A DNA stretch of 64,000 nt, taken from contig CAVYLP010000003.1 in assembly GCA_963769425.1 (NCBI GenBank), positions 227,705 through 291,704 of the forward strand. Direction: 5' to 3'. This DNA comes from Candidatus Bathyarchaeota archaeon. Lineage in GTDB: Archaea > Thermoproteota > Bathyarchaeia > TCS64. This document shows positions 10,583 to 19,823 of the stretch, piece after piece. Position 1 is the first letter of the stretch. Each line of letters begins with the position of its first letter. Below the pieces are notes generated by a model that did no database searches, was not told where the DNA came from, and saw nothing but the letters and a program-made list of their open reading frames with translations. Position numbers and translations under genes: made by a program.

Positions 10583-10900
10583 TCACGCCTCCTCGCCTAG
10601 TTTTTCTACGACGCAGAAGGACTTGGTCTTACTGAGTGGTCTGCACTCAGCGACGCGGACCCTTTCGCCCTTCTTTGCGTCGATGCATGGGGGGTTGTGT
10701 GCGGTGATGCGGCTGCTCGCTCGCGCGTAGCGCTCGTATTTCCTGTTGAATCTGGTGTAGTCGATGCGGATAACGACGGACTTTGACATCCTGTCGCTAA
10801 CCACCACACCGTCCAATACCCGCCCCCTCACCGCTAGGGAGCCGTGGAATGGGCAGTCTGGGTCACTACACTCGTTCTCGGGTCTTTTAAGACTCATCAA
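10583..10900 (-). CDS. rps17: 30S ribosomal protein S17 (uS17)
   Basis: CPFHG, AHNPPC, ECRPLSKTK. Confidence 0.97.
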   Translation of the reverse strand: MMSLKRPENECSDPDCPFHGSLAVRGRVLDGVVVSDRMSKSVVIRIDYTRFNRKYERYARASSRITAHNPPCIDAKKGERVRVAECRPLSKTKSFCVVEKLGEEA

Positions 10901-10912
10901 AACCTTTTCGCC

Positions 10913-11197
10913 CTACCAATTTCGTCTCGGCTTCTTCTTTACGCGGTCTTCTGGTCGACCGATGAGGTTCTTTCCCTCTACCTCAACCAAGGTTCCGCCC
11001 AGGTTGAAAATGAATGACGCCTCACCCTTAGCGATTATCTTATCGACTCCTTTCTGATTGAGTGTGAGGGTGTTGCGCGTCTCGTCTGTGATTATTCCCT
11101 TAATTCTCTTCTGACTTTTGTTGGTGCCACCGCTGATCCTCGCGTCGAGCCCGATGAGCTCGTGGCGGGTAATGTTGTCAGCGGTGAGCGGCGTCAC
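10913..11197 (-). CDS. rnp1: Ribonuclease P protein component 1 (Rpp29)
   Basis: HELIGL, DETRNTL, GRPEDR; conserved operon position. Confidence 0.93.
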   Translation of the reverse strand: MTPLTADNITRHELIGLDARISGGTNKSQKRIKGIITDETRNTLTLNQKGVDKIIAKGEASFIFNLGGTLVEVEGKNLIGRPEDRVKKKPRRNW

Positions 11198-11400
11198 TGC
11201 TTAGACGCCTCCTCGTGGATGATGGTCTCCACTCTGGCGACTGCCTTTTTCAGCGCCTTGGCCCTTCCGGGGTTCTCAACTGAGCCACCCGCGTTAATCA
11301 GTGTCCTGATCTTTGATAGCTCGGTCTTAAGCTCCACGAGCTTCTCCTTTCTCTGCTCGGGGGTCATCTCTCTAATCTCTTCGAGCCTTAATACTGGCAT
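11194..11400 (-). CDS. rpl29: 50S ribosomal protein L29 (uL29)
   Basis: EIREMT, ENPGR..KKAVARVET. Confidence 0.95.
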   Translation of the reverse strand: MPVLRLEEIREMTPEQRKEKLVELKTELSKIRTLINAGGSVENPGRAKALKKAVARVETIIHEEASKQ

Positions 11401-12285
11401 TTACTTTTCCTCCTCGTCTTTCTCTGGATCAGACTCGGGCTTCTCCTCTGTCTTTTCCTCGGCGGGGGGAGTCTCCGGCTCGGTCTTTGGCTCCTCTACC
11501 ACTGCTTCCTCAGTGGTGTGGACTTCCGGCTCGGAGGGTGTCTCCTCTGTCTTTACCTCTTCAGGAGTCTCTACAATAGCCTCGGGCTGCTCAGCGGGTT
11601 GGGCCACCTCTTCAGTTACAGGCACCTGCTCCACGTCTGGTTCAACGCCCTCTGGCATGTAGACTTCCTCCTCTGGGTACTCGATCTCTGGGAGGTCCTT
11701 TAGTGAGATCTTGTCTGGGAACTTAGCGTCTGGCGGGATGATGTTGACCGTTACGCCTAGTATGCCCCTCTTTTGTTTGACGTGTATCGTCGCGTGGCGG
11801 AGGTATCTCTTGGATGGTTCGCCAGCCTTCGGGATGTATCCCTCGCTCACCTTCTCGAATCTCGCCCTTGCGCTCCTTATCGGGCCTTTGAGTATGATTT
11901 CGCAGCCTAGTGCGCCGCTGTCCATGATCCTGCGAAGGCTCCAGAAGATGCTCCTGCGGAAGTGGACACCACGCTCGAGGGCGTTGGCGACCCTAGCTGC
12001 CATGATGTGAGGGTTGAGCTCCGGAACCTCGATCTCCACGACGGTGATCTGGGGGTTGACTAGGCCTAGCTTGTGTTCAAGTTTCTCGGAGGCGTCCTTG
12101 ATGGCCCTGCCTCTCTTGCCTATTACTCTTCCAGGCCTCATCGTGTAGAGGTTGATCTGGGCGCCTAGCGGCGTCTTTGTGAGTGTGATTCCGCCGTAAC
12201 CGGCCTCTTCGAACTCCTTAGAGAGGAGTTCATCGACCGCCATGCGCTCCTTGTTGTCCCGGATGATTCTCTTGACTACTGACAA
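11401..12285 (-). CDS. rps3: 30S ribosomal protein S3 (uS3) with long acidic tail
   Basis: RPGRVIGKRG KH domain, LERGVHFRR, GCEI. Confidence 0.97.
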   Translation of the reverse strand: MSVVKRIIRDNKERMAVDELLSKEFEEAGYGGITLTKTPLGAQINLYTMRPGRVIGKRGRAIKDASEKLEHKLGLVNPQITVVEIEVPELNPHIMAARVANALERGVHFRRSIFWSLRRIMDSGALGCEIILKGPIRSARARFEKVSEGYIPKAGEPSKRYLRHATIHVKQKRGILGVTVNIIPPDAKFPDKISLKDLPEIEYPEEEVYMPEGVEPDVEQVPVTEEVAQPAEQPEAIVETPEEVKTEETPSEPEVHTTEEAVVEEPKTEPETPPAEEKTEEKPESDPEKDEEEK

Positions 12286-12287
12286 GC

Positions 12288-12749
12288 TTACACTTCCTCA
12301 ACCGCGACCTCGATGTGGGTCAGGTGCCTGAAATATGGCGATGCCCTTCCGAAGGCCCGCGGTATGAACTTCCTTATTCTGCGACCCCTATGCGCCGCGA
12401 TGTGTGTGATCTTTAAATTCTCGGTGTCTAGCCCCTTGAACTCGGCGTTCGCCTCTACGGCGTCTAGAACTCGGAGGATCTCCCCCGCGGCTTTCTGCGG
12501 GTATCTGCCTGCGTCAAAGCCTTGTGCCTCTGCTCTGTGTGGCACTTTGAGCTTGTACCTATAATATGGTACTGGTTTCTTGAGCTCAACGACATCTTGC
12601 AGCGTCTCCTTTGCTTTATCGAGCTTCATGCCCTTTATGTAATTGCAGATTTCTCTGGCAGCCTTTGGCTTAATTCTAAGATCCCTGCCGCTGGCTATTG
12701 CTGTCTTGTCCGGATCTAGACCTGTGACCGAGTATCTCCAGGATGGCAT
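12288..12749 (-). CDS. rpl22: 50S ribosomal protein L22 (uL22)
   Basis: GRYPQKAA, NAEFKGLD, PRAFGRA. Confidence 0.97.
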   Translation of the reverse strand: MPSWRYSVTGLDPDKTAIASGRDLRIKPKAAREICNYIKGMKLDKAKETLQDVVELKKPVPYYRYKLKVPHRAEAQGFDAGRYPQKAAGEILRVLDAVEANAEFKGLDTENLKITHIAAHRGRRIRKFIPRAFGRASPYFRHLTHIEVAVEEV

Positions 12750-12975
12750 ATGCGCACCGTTCGCCTTACTTGAAATCGGGACTTTATATAAAAACGTTAT
12801 CTAAATTCGTGTGAGAAGCGATCATATAGAGGATTATTATCGGTTCTTTCTATTATGTGTCTGTGAGGGGTTTTCTAATGATTATTTTGAAGTTTTTATC
12901 ATGCAGTTATTTATGAATAATATTAATGTAGATAATTTTGAAAATATTAACTGAATAAAATAAGCTGAAGTGAAA

Positions 12976-13359
12976 TTACTTCAGCGGGATGTACATCGAG
13001 CTTCTGGACGCGCCGATGCCTGGCTTACCGTGGCGGACTAGCTTGTTTGTAATAACGAACTCGCCCAAATAGTGGCCTAGCATCTTCTCGTTGATCCTGA
13101 TCTCGACGAAGGCTTGGCCGCTGTGGACCAGGATTATCTTTCCTATCATCTCGGGTAGGACGACCATGTCCCTTGCGTGAGTCTTTATTGGTTTGCCATT
13201 GTCCTGCCTGAGGCGCTCGAGCACGATTCTCTGCTCATTACTGAGACCCCTGCGTAGGCTCCTCCTCATGCGGCTAGGCAGGAGGTTGATGAACTCGTCC
13301 ATTGACATGGCCTTCAGGTCGTCTACGCTTCGTCCCCGGTACATGAAGTTCTTTGGCAT
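12976..13359 (-). CDS. rps19: 30S ribosomal protein S19 (uS19)
   Basis: KTHARDM, GHYLGEF, GASRSSMYIPLK. Confidence 0.97.
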   Translation of the reverse strand: MPKNFMYRGRSVDDLKAMSMDEFINLLPSRMRRSLRRGLSNEQRIVLERLRQDNGKPIKTHARDMVVLPEMIGKIILVHSGQAFVEIRINEKMLGHYLGEFVITNKLVRHGKPGIGASRSSMYIPLK

Positions 13360-13400
13360 TCGTCTTCACTCCATCATGTCGCTTTATTTAATCGTGCCGG

Positions 13401-14138
13401 TTACTCCCTCTCCCTCTTACGCTTTGAACCGCCCTTGCCCGAGGTTCTCGCGGCGATGAGTCCGACTTTAGCTCCTGGGGGCATTCTGCGTCCTACCGTC
13501 GTTGATTTGCCTGGGCGCCTGTGGCGGCCACCACCGTGCGGGTGGCTCGCGGCGGTCATCTTTACGCCGTGCGCTGTCGGGAAGACCTTGTTGTTGGCCA
13601 TTGCGGCGTGGTATACCTCGCCTGCCTTGAGGCGTGGCTTCTCGAGGCGGCCTCCGCCCGAGATGACTCCGACGGTCGCGCGTGAGTCTGCGGATAGAAG
13701 TATGCTCTTCTTTGATGGGAGCTTTACGACGGTCTTGCCCATGTTGTGGGCGATGACTGTCGCGTATGCTCCTGATGCTCTTACGATCCTTCCTCCGTCG
13801 CCGGGCTTGATCTCTAGGTTGTTGACGAGTGTTCCCTCTGGTATTTTTCCGAGTGGAATTACGTTCCCGACCGAGAGAGGGGCGTCTGCGCCTATAACGA
13901 TCTCCTGGTCGACGTGTGTGCCCTCTGGGGCCGCGGAGTAGAATGTCTCGCCGGTCGTCAATTGGATGACGGCCAGGGGTGCCATGCGCCCGGACTCGTG
14001 TACGATGTCCTTGATGGTTCCTCGCATCGACTCGGTTGAGACGGGGGGGTATCTTGCCTGTGCGATTTTGCCCGTGTGTGCACTTTGGAAGACGGGTGTT
14101 CCGCGTCCTCTACGTTGGACCTTTATTCGTTTTCCCAT
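13401..14138 (-). CDS. rpl2: 50S ribosomal protein L2 (uL2)
   Basis: QRRGRG, PGDGG..RASG, HPHGGG, KVGLIAAR. Confidence 0.97.
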   Translation of the reverse strand: MGKRIKVQRRGRGTPVFQSAHTGKIAQARYPPVSTESMRGTIKDIVHESGRMAPLAVIQLTTGETFYSAAPEGTHVDQEIVIGADAPLSVGNVIPLGKIPEGTLVNNLEIKPGDGGRIVRASGAYATVIAHNMGKTVVKLPSKKSILLSADSRATVGVISGGGRLEKPRLKAGEVYHAAMANNKVFPTAHGVKMTAASHPHGGGRHRRPGKSTTVGRRMPPGAKVGLIAARTSGKGGSKRKRERE

Positions 14139-14147
14139 TCATCACAC

Positions 14148-14408
14148 CTACAGTATACCGAGCTTTATGGCGACCTCTGAGGCGCTGAAGCCTTCCGTGA
14201 GTTTCACGAAAGCCTTCTTCTTACCCTGCCTGTCGATGAGGGTATTAATCTCCTTCGTCTCGACCTGGTAGAGTTCCTTGATTGCTTTGGCGATGTCCTT
14301 CTTCGTTGCCTCGCGGTTAACTATGAAGATGAGCTTGTTCTCGTTCTCGATCATGTATACGCTACGCTCTGTCATCGTCGGGTACATTATGACGTCTTGT
14401 GCCTGCAT
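14148..14408 (-). CDS. rpl23: 50S ribosomal protein L23 (uL23)
   Basis: ENKLIFIV, KKAFVKL. Confidence 0.96.
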   Translation of the reverse strand: MQAQDVIMYPTMTERSVYMIENENKLIFIVNREATKKDIAKAIKELYQVETKEINTLIDRQGKKKAFVKLTEGFSASEVAIKLGIL

Positions 14409-14410
14409 GT

Positions 14411-15175
14411 TTATTCCTCCCAGGTCTCGTCGAGGGCGGTGAAGGCTGACTTGGCCCAGATGACTAGTCTACCGGGGTTTGCCCCGGGGGCTAGGAGCTC
14501 GGCGTTAAGGTTTCTGAGAACGGTTACATCTACGCCTGGTAAGTTCCTCGCGGCCTTTGTAATGCCTTTATCCTCGGATATGATGATGAGTGGGCCCTTG
14601 CCTATCTTTTTACCCCTTCCCCTCATGTTCCCCCTGCCGGCGCGTGTACCCTTCCGGTCGGCGCGCTCGACGTCAGCCCATACGCCGATCTTTGTGAAGA
14701 TGTCCTCGACCTCCTTGGTCTTCTGGACATCTTCGAGGGAGTCGTCAAGGACGAGGGGTAGTTGTGTGACGCCTGCGATGTTGTGTCCGCGTGCTGCGAC
14801 GATCTCCTTGTTGGCTGATGCTGCGATGCCGGAGCGGATCGCTAGGCGGCGTTCCTTCTTGTTGATCCTCTTGACTGTGACCTTCTGGGACATGGGCGGG
14901 GTAGATTGGTGGCCACCGACTGCCTGTACGGCGAAGTCGGCTTTCCCGCTCTGCTTGAGGCGGGGCAGCCTCGCCTGACCGTGGCCGGTCCCCCTGCTGA
15001 GTGCTGTGTTTCTCTTGCCCGCGAGAGGGTCCCTGCCCTGTGGCTGGAAATCGTGGCTCTGCTGGGCAATGACGGCCCGCCTTATTACCTCCGGCTTAAT
15101 TGGGGTGTCGAATATCTTTGGGAGGTCGATCTCATCGATCTTTTCGTTGGCGAGGCTTAGTACTGGGACCTTCAT
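14411..15175 (-). CDS. rpl4: 50S ribosomal protein L4 (uL4)
   Basis: QPQGRD, INKKERR, LLAPGANPGRL. Confidence 0.97.
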   Translation of the reverse strand: MKVPVLSLANEKIDEIDLPKIFDTPIKPEVIRRAVIAQQSHDFQPQGRDPLAGKRNTALSRGTGHGQARLPRLKQSGKADFAVQAVGGHQSTPPMSQKVTVKRINKKERRLAIRSGIAASANKEIVAARGHNIAGVTQLPLVLDDSLEDVQKTKEVEDIFTKIGVWADVERADRKGTRAGRGNMRGRGKKIGKGPLIIISEDKGITKAARNLPGVDVTVLRNLNAELLAPGANPGRLVIWAKSAFTALDETWEE

Positions 15176-16182
15176 TGCGTGTTCTTCTCCTTACCCCACT
15201 CTGTTCCTATGTATGTTACCTGTGGAGCGGTCTTCGGGTAGGTCGTCATCCTTACGGCTTTCCTCATGCGGATGAGCCTCTTGGGAGTTCCCTGGACGCT
15301 TCCCTTTATGACGACGTATTCGCTCTTGATTGGGCCGTATCTGTTGAAGCCGCCTGCGGGGGATACTTTGTTGCTGTCGTTGCCGAGTAGTAGGATGCGT
15401 TTGTTGAAGTCGACGCGCTGGTGGCTTCCCATCTGGCCTGCGCGTGCTACGTGTGGGTGGATTGTCCTAGGGGCGACTGGTGCGATTGAGGCGACGCTCC
15501 TGACGGATTTACGGGACTTGTTCTGTTGGATGCGGACTCCGAATCTTTTGACTGGGCCCTGGAATCCTTTGCCCTTTGTGACTCCGGAGAGGTCGATAGA
15601 TTCACCGGGCTTGAAGACCTGTGAGGCTGACACGGTTTTACCGAGCAGTCCCTTGGCGTACTCAAGTTGCTGGTCGATGCTTCCGCCGCCGACCTTTATC
15701 TCGACGAGGTCGGGCGTGTTCTTCGCCATAGAGGCAAGCTTGGGCTGCGTGGCAGCTAGGATCCTGATCTCCTTAGCCTTGTCGATGGAGGAGGCGAGTT
15801 TCTCAAGCTCCTTTGCGGTGTCGGAGGTCTTCTTGATCTTTGTCGCCCTGATGAGATCCTTTGTGGGATCGGTCATCCAGGCCTCCGTAATGACCTTGTA
15901 GCCGTCGTATGTAGCTCGGTAGGAGCGTATGGCGCATACAAGCATCGGTGGGGCCTCGATAACGGTTGCCGCGACCTTTACTTCTTGTCCGAACTCGGGG
16001 ACCTTTGCCCTGTCCTCTAACTGATATAGGTGGGTCATCCCCGCCTTGTAACCTGCGAAGCCTAGGAGCTGGGGACCTTCTGTGACCTCCGGCCAATGCT
16101 GGATGCGTCCATTAAAATGGCTTGCCCTGCGTCTAGGATAGAATGACTTTGATCCTTTTCTAGGTGAACGTGGCCTAGGCAT
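15172..16182 (-). CDS. rpl3: 50S ribosomal protein L3 (uL3)
   Basis: GYKAGMTH, TKGKGFQGPVKRFG, AGQMG. Confidence 0.97.
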   Translation of the reverse strand: MPRPRSPRKGSKSFYPRRRASHFNGRIQHWPEVTEGPQLLGFAGYKAGMTHLYQLEDRAKVPEFGQEVKVAATVIEAPPMLVCAIRSYRATYDGYKVITEAWMTDPTKDLIRATKIKKTSDTAKELEKLASSIDKAKEIRILAATQPKLASMAKNTPDLVEIKVGGGSIDQQLEYAKGLLGKTVSASQVFKPGESIDLSGVTKGKGFQGPVKRFGVRIQQNKSRKSVRSVASIAPVAPRTIHPHVARAGQMGSHQRVDFNKRILLLGNDSNKVSPAGGFNRYGPIKSEYVVIKGSVQGTPKRLIRMRKAVRMTTYPKTAPQVTYIGTEWGKEKNTQ

Positions 16183-16303
16183 CGTAGCCTCTCCTTACTT
16201 TTATTAGCTGTATGGAATCAGCGAGTCTTGCATTTAAATGATTCGTATATTATGTTACAATCCACTTTATCGCCTCTTTTGGGTGGAGGTGGCTTGTATG
16301 TGT

Positions 16304-16921
16304 TTATTTTGGTTGTTTATGCTCGTTTTCGGCCCTTTTGGGGTATGGGCAAACATCGTTTAGCGGGCATTCGTGGCATTTAGGGTTGAGTGCCCGGCAC
16401 ACGTCTCGCCCGAACTGGATGAGCTTGATGTGGGTATCGAGGAACTTGTTTGGAGTAGTGGCATCCTCTAACGTCAATCGGATAGTGTCGTAGCCGGCGT
16501 TGCTTGGTACAAGCTCCAATCTCTTCGCTATCCTTGCTATGTGGCGATCGACGGGGAGGACGTCCTTCCCGGCGTTGAAGAGCAGGACGACGTCCGCGGT
16601 CTTCTCGCCCACACCCGGGAGGGACATGAGCGCCTCACGAGCCTCGGGGTAAGGCTTAGCGACGACTGCTGAAAGATCACCGTCATAGAGTTCCAGGACC
16701 TTCTCCGATACCTGCTTAATGGTTCTACTCCGCTGGTTGTACATCCCGGCGGGCCTGATGGCGTTGGCTATATCCGATTGGCTTGCCCTCGATAGGTTTC
16801 GCGGAGTGACGCCGACGCTCTCTTCTAGTCGCCTGTAGGCCGTTTCCTCGTTTCTCCAGTTGGTGTTCTGGCTTAGAATCGTCCTGATGAGAGACTTGAA
16901 AACGTCACCACCGCTGGGCAT
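16304..16921 (-). CDS. nth: Endonuclease III (HhH-GPD, 4Fe-4S)
   Basis: ILSQNT, LPGVGEKTAD, VDRH, C-x6-C-x2-C-x5-C; true start may lie slightly upstream. Confidence 0.93.
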   Translation of the reverse strand: MPSGGDVFKSLIRTILSQNTNWRNEETAYRRLEESVGVTPRNLSRASQSDIANAIRPAGMYNQRSRTIKQVSEKVLELYDGDLSAVVAKPYPEAREALMSLPGVGEKTADVVLLFNAGKDVLPVDRHIARIAKRLELVPSNAGYDTIRLTLEDATTPNKFLDTHIKLIQFGRDVCRALNPKCHECPLNDVCPYPKRAENEHKQPK

Positions 16922-16964
16922 CCAGCGCCGAGGGTAGAGCTCCTGGACCCTTAGGAGGGCCTTC

Positions 16965-18209
16965 TCAGCCCTCTTCGTCCTCGTCTTCGTCGTCTGTGTC
17001 AGGGTCTCCCACTACCTCTTCGGGGTCCTCTATCGGCTCGATTATAACGGGTGGCTCGACTGGTTCCAGTGGCCTGTCCTTAAGGTCCTTGATCTTCCAC
17101 GCGATTAAATCCAGTAGTCCGTTGAGGTTTGTTCTCTTGTCTGCTGATACGGTCGTCCATGGTATGTCGTAGTGGTCGAGGCTTAGCTCTTCCTCGATGT
17201 TTTTCACTGTGTCTGCTGGCGCCTTGTCCACCTTGTTGAATACGAGGATGACGCGCTCTGTCGGGACGCCGATGTCGCGTAGCAGGCTGATTCCTTCGCT
17301 GAGTTTGAGCTGTAGGGTGAGCGGTGGGTCGGTTATCTCGAATAGCAGGATGACGACGTCGGCGCTTCTTATGTCCTCGAAGTTGATCTGGAAGCTCTTT
17401 ATTAGGCGGTGGTCGAGGTCGAGTACGAAGCCAATCGTGTCGATGAACATGACGGTTGTTTCGGGGTCGATGTACCGTTTCGAGTATTTGCTGCTGAGTG
17501 TTGTGAATGGGCGGTCGCTTACTGGTTTGTGTTCGCCGGTCAGTGCGTTGAATAGGCTGGTCTTCCCAGCGTTGTAGTAGCCAGCGATGCATATCGTGGG
17601 GTAACCTAGCTTCTTGCGGTTCTCTATCTGTTGTTTCTTCTCGACGACCATAGCTTGTATGTTTTCCTTGATGTCTGACTGGCGTCTCGATATCTCCCTT
17701 AGTTGTCCGCGGAAGCCGTACTCGCCGCCGCTGTGGAAGAAGGGGCGGTCGTGGGTGAAATGTATGTTTGCTGAGAGCTTGTAGAAGGGCGCGAGCTTTT
17801 CGAGCCTAGCGGACTCGATCTGTAGCTTGCTGAGGTTGTCCGATGCCATCTGGTCGAATATCTCGAGCGTCAACTCATATCGATCGATGACATCGCAGGC
17901 CGTTCCCTGTATAAGGTTGAGTTTCTGGCTACTCTTGAGCAGGTTGTAGAAGACTACGAGTTGAACGTCGTGTTTCTCCGCCTGTCTCTTGATCTCGCCG
18001 ACTTTTCCCTTGCCTATGCAGTATTTCTCGAAGGGGCGGTATCGAGTTTGGACTACTTCGCCGACGACCTCTATTCCGAGTGCTTGGACGAGTGCTTTTA
18101 ATTCGTCAAGTCTGACTCGATAGACCTTGTGGTCGTGGACGTTTGTTTTTAGCATGACGATAATGGCTCGTCCCTTGAGGGCGTCCCTTGGTCGGACTTC
18201 TTCAGGCAA
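16965..18209 (-). CDS. hflX: HflX-family GTPase
   Basis: GYYNAGKTS, PFTTL, DTIGF, NKVD and HflX N-terminal domain. Confidence 0.92.
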   Translation of the reverse strand: MPEEVRPRDALKGRAIIVMLKTNVHDHKVYRVRLDELKALVQALGIEVVGEVVQTRYRPFEKYCIGKGKVGEIKRQAEKHDVQLVVFYNLLKSSQKLNLIQGTACDVIDRYELTLEIFDQMASDNLSKLQIESARLEKLAPFYKLSANIHFTHDRPFFHSGGEYGFRGQLREISRRQSDIKENIQAMVVEKKQQIENRKKLGYPTICIAGYYNAGKTSLFNALTGEHKPVSDRPFTTLSSKYSKRYIDPETTVMFIDTIGFVLDLDHRLIKSFQINFEDIRSADVVILLFEITDPPLTLQLKLSEGISLLRDIGVPTERVILVFNKVDKAPADTVKNIEEELSLDHYDIPWTTVSADKRTNLNGLLDLIAWKIKDLKDRPLEPVEPPVIIEPIEDPEEVVGDPDTDDEDEDEEG

Positions 18210-18577
18210 TGTTTGTGTAGTGGTGTTGGTGAACGTTTCTTAAAAAGCATCCATCGCTCAGCGAGTTGGACATTTATTACATCTTTATGTAATAGGTCGT
18301 AAATTTGTTTAGCCAAACTTTTATTTGAGATATTTTAAAACTTCTTTTCCGTGTAAAGAAATTATTGGCGCGTGTATAAGATTACCTCCTTCCCCCTCGT
18401 TATTTTTAGTTGTTTCACAATCCAGTATCTATTGATAAAATATTTCAAGTCTATGAAGGATATATGGAATCATTAGAAAGGATATCTGGTAATCTCATGC
18501 TACCTTTGCATTTTCGCTCATCTGATTATACTCCGTGTCCAGAAGCTAATGGAAACAATCGGGAAATTAGAGGTAGT

Positions 18578-19798
18578 CTAGTATGTAGTGTGAATATGGG
18601 AGTTCCACTTTGGAAATATAATTTCGATGATCTGCCTATACTCGGGCTTAATCATGACATCAGGATACTCTACCTCTAATTCGTCTATGCTTCGGTAGCC
18701 GAGGAGCATCTTAGGGAAAACGCGAGGGTTCACCCTGATATCCTCTCTCTGCTCACTCTGGCTTTGATCGACTTTTACGACGATGCCGTTCTCGAATGTC
18801 AATGTAATGGTGAAAACGTAGAGGTTGAGCGGGATTGAGCCTGTGTATCCATGTAGAGGAGAGCGTTTGATCCTTTCTTTGAACACCTGCTTGATCTTCT
18901 CTAGGAGTTGTATATAGTTGATAACCTTCATCTGCCATGCGTATGGACGTCTCTTCGAGGCGCTGAGATCAAAGAGATACTTGCTGAACGGCTCGCTGTA
19001 TCCCTCACGAGAGACGAGTCCAGTCGCTCCGTTTTCTTCGCCAAGTCTTCGGAGGAACGCTGCGATCATCGCGGATGTGGCCTTGTTTGCTTCCGTAATC
19101 TCGTGTAGGAGAACAGCCTTTCCCTCGATGCCTGCTCTAAAATAGGCGATAATTTCGTCACTAATCCTCACGGCGTAGGTTGTGCTCTTATGCTCCCCGA
19201 CGATTCCAGCTTTCTCCTGTGTTGCCCACTCCCGGGGGCTCCTCATGCTGTGAATCAGATACTTTCTCTGAGACGTTTCGAGGAGGTTCATGGCCACTGG
19301 AATCTCATCAGGCTGTAGGGGGGAGATATTGGATGTCGTTTGAGTCGGTAATTTAGCTAGGGGGATCGTCACCCCCTCGTCTAGCGTCACCGAGTACTCA
19401 TACCCGAACTGTCTATAGAAGTAAGGTATCCCCTCAATCGCCGCGAGGTCGTACCCGTCCTCCCGGGTGCGTTTATCGAACTTCGCGTTGAGCAGTCTCT
19501 GGAGCCCCCTATGCCTATAATCGGGATGTGTGGCGACAAGCCCCATCTCAGCTACACTGAGGGGTACGTCCCCGAGGCTCCAAGTCATCGGTATCAGGTT
19601 CAGCGTCGCCACCATCCTGTCGCCATCCCAGAGTGAGAAGAAGTTGCGAGGGGTCATCCCGGGATGAGTATCGTAGAGGCGCCTGCCTAGGACATCTACC
19701 CCCTCATTGGGGAACGCGAGACGCAGCAATGAGGCGTACTTTTCGAGGGCGTGCTCGCCTTCGATATAGCTGAACTTGTATTGGGTCGTCCCGGGCAC
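18578..19798 (-). CDS. GNAT acetyltransferase (Eis-like, multi-domain)
   Basis: VATHPDYRHRGL acetyl-CoA motif, FYRQFGY, ~400-aa architecture. Confidence 0.85.
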   Translation of the reverse strand: MPGTTQYKFSYIEGEHALEKYASLLRLAFPNEGVDVLGRRLYDTHPGMTPRNFFSLWDGDRMVATLNLIPMTWSLGDVPLSVAEMGLVATHPDYRHRGLQRLLNAKFDKRTREDGYDLAAIEGIPYFYRQFGYEYSVTLDEGVTIPLAKLPTQTTSNISPLQPDEIPVAMNLLETSQRKYLIHSMRSPREWATQEKAGIVGEHKSTTYAVRISDEIIAYFRAGIEGKAVLLHEITEANKATSAMIAAFLRRLGEENGATGLVSREGYSEPFSKYLFDLSASKRRPYAWQMKVINYIQLLEKIKQVFKERIKRSPLHGYTGSIPLNLYVFTITLTFENGIVVKVDQSQSEQREDIRVNPRVFPKMLLGYRSIDELEVEYPDVMIKPEYRQIIEIIFPKWNSHIHTTY

Positions 19799-19823
19799 CG
19801 AATACGCTGAGGTGGGTCCGAGT

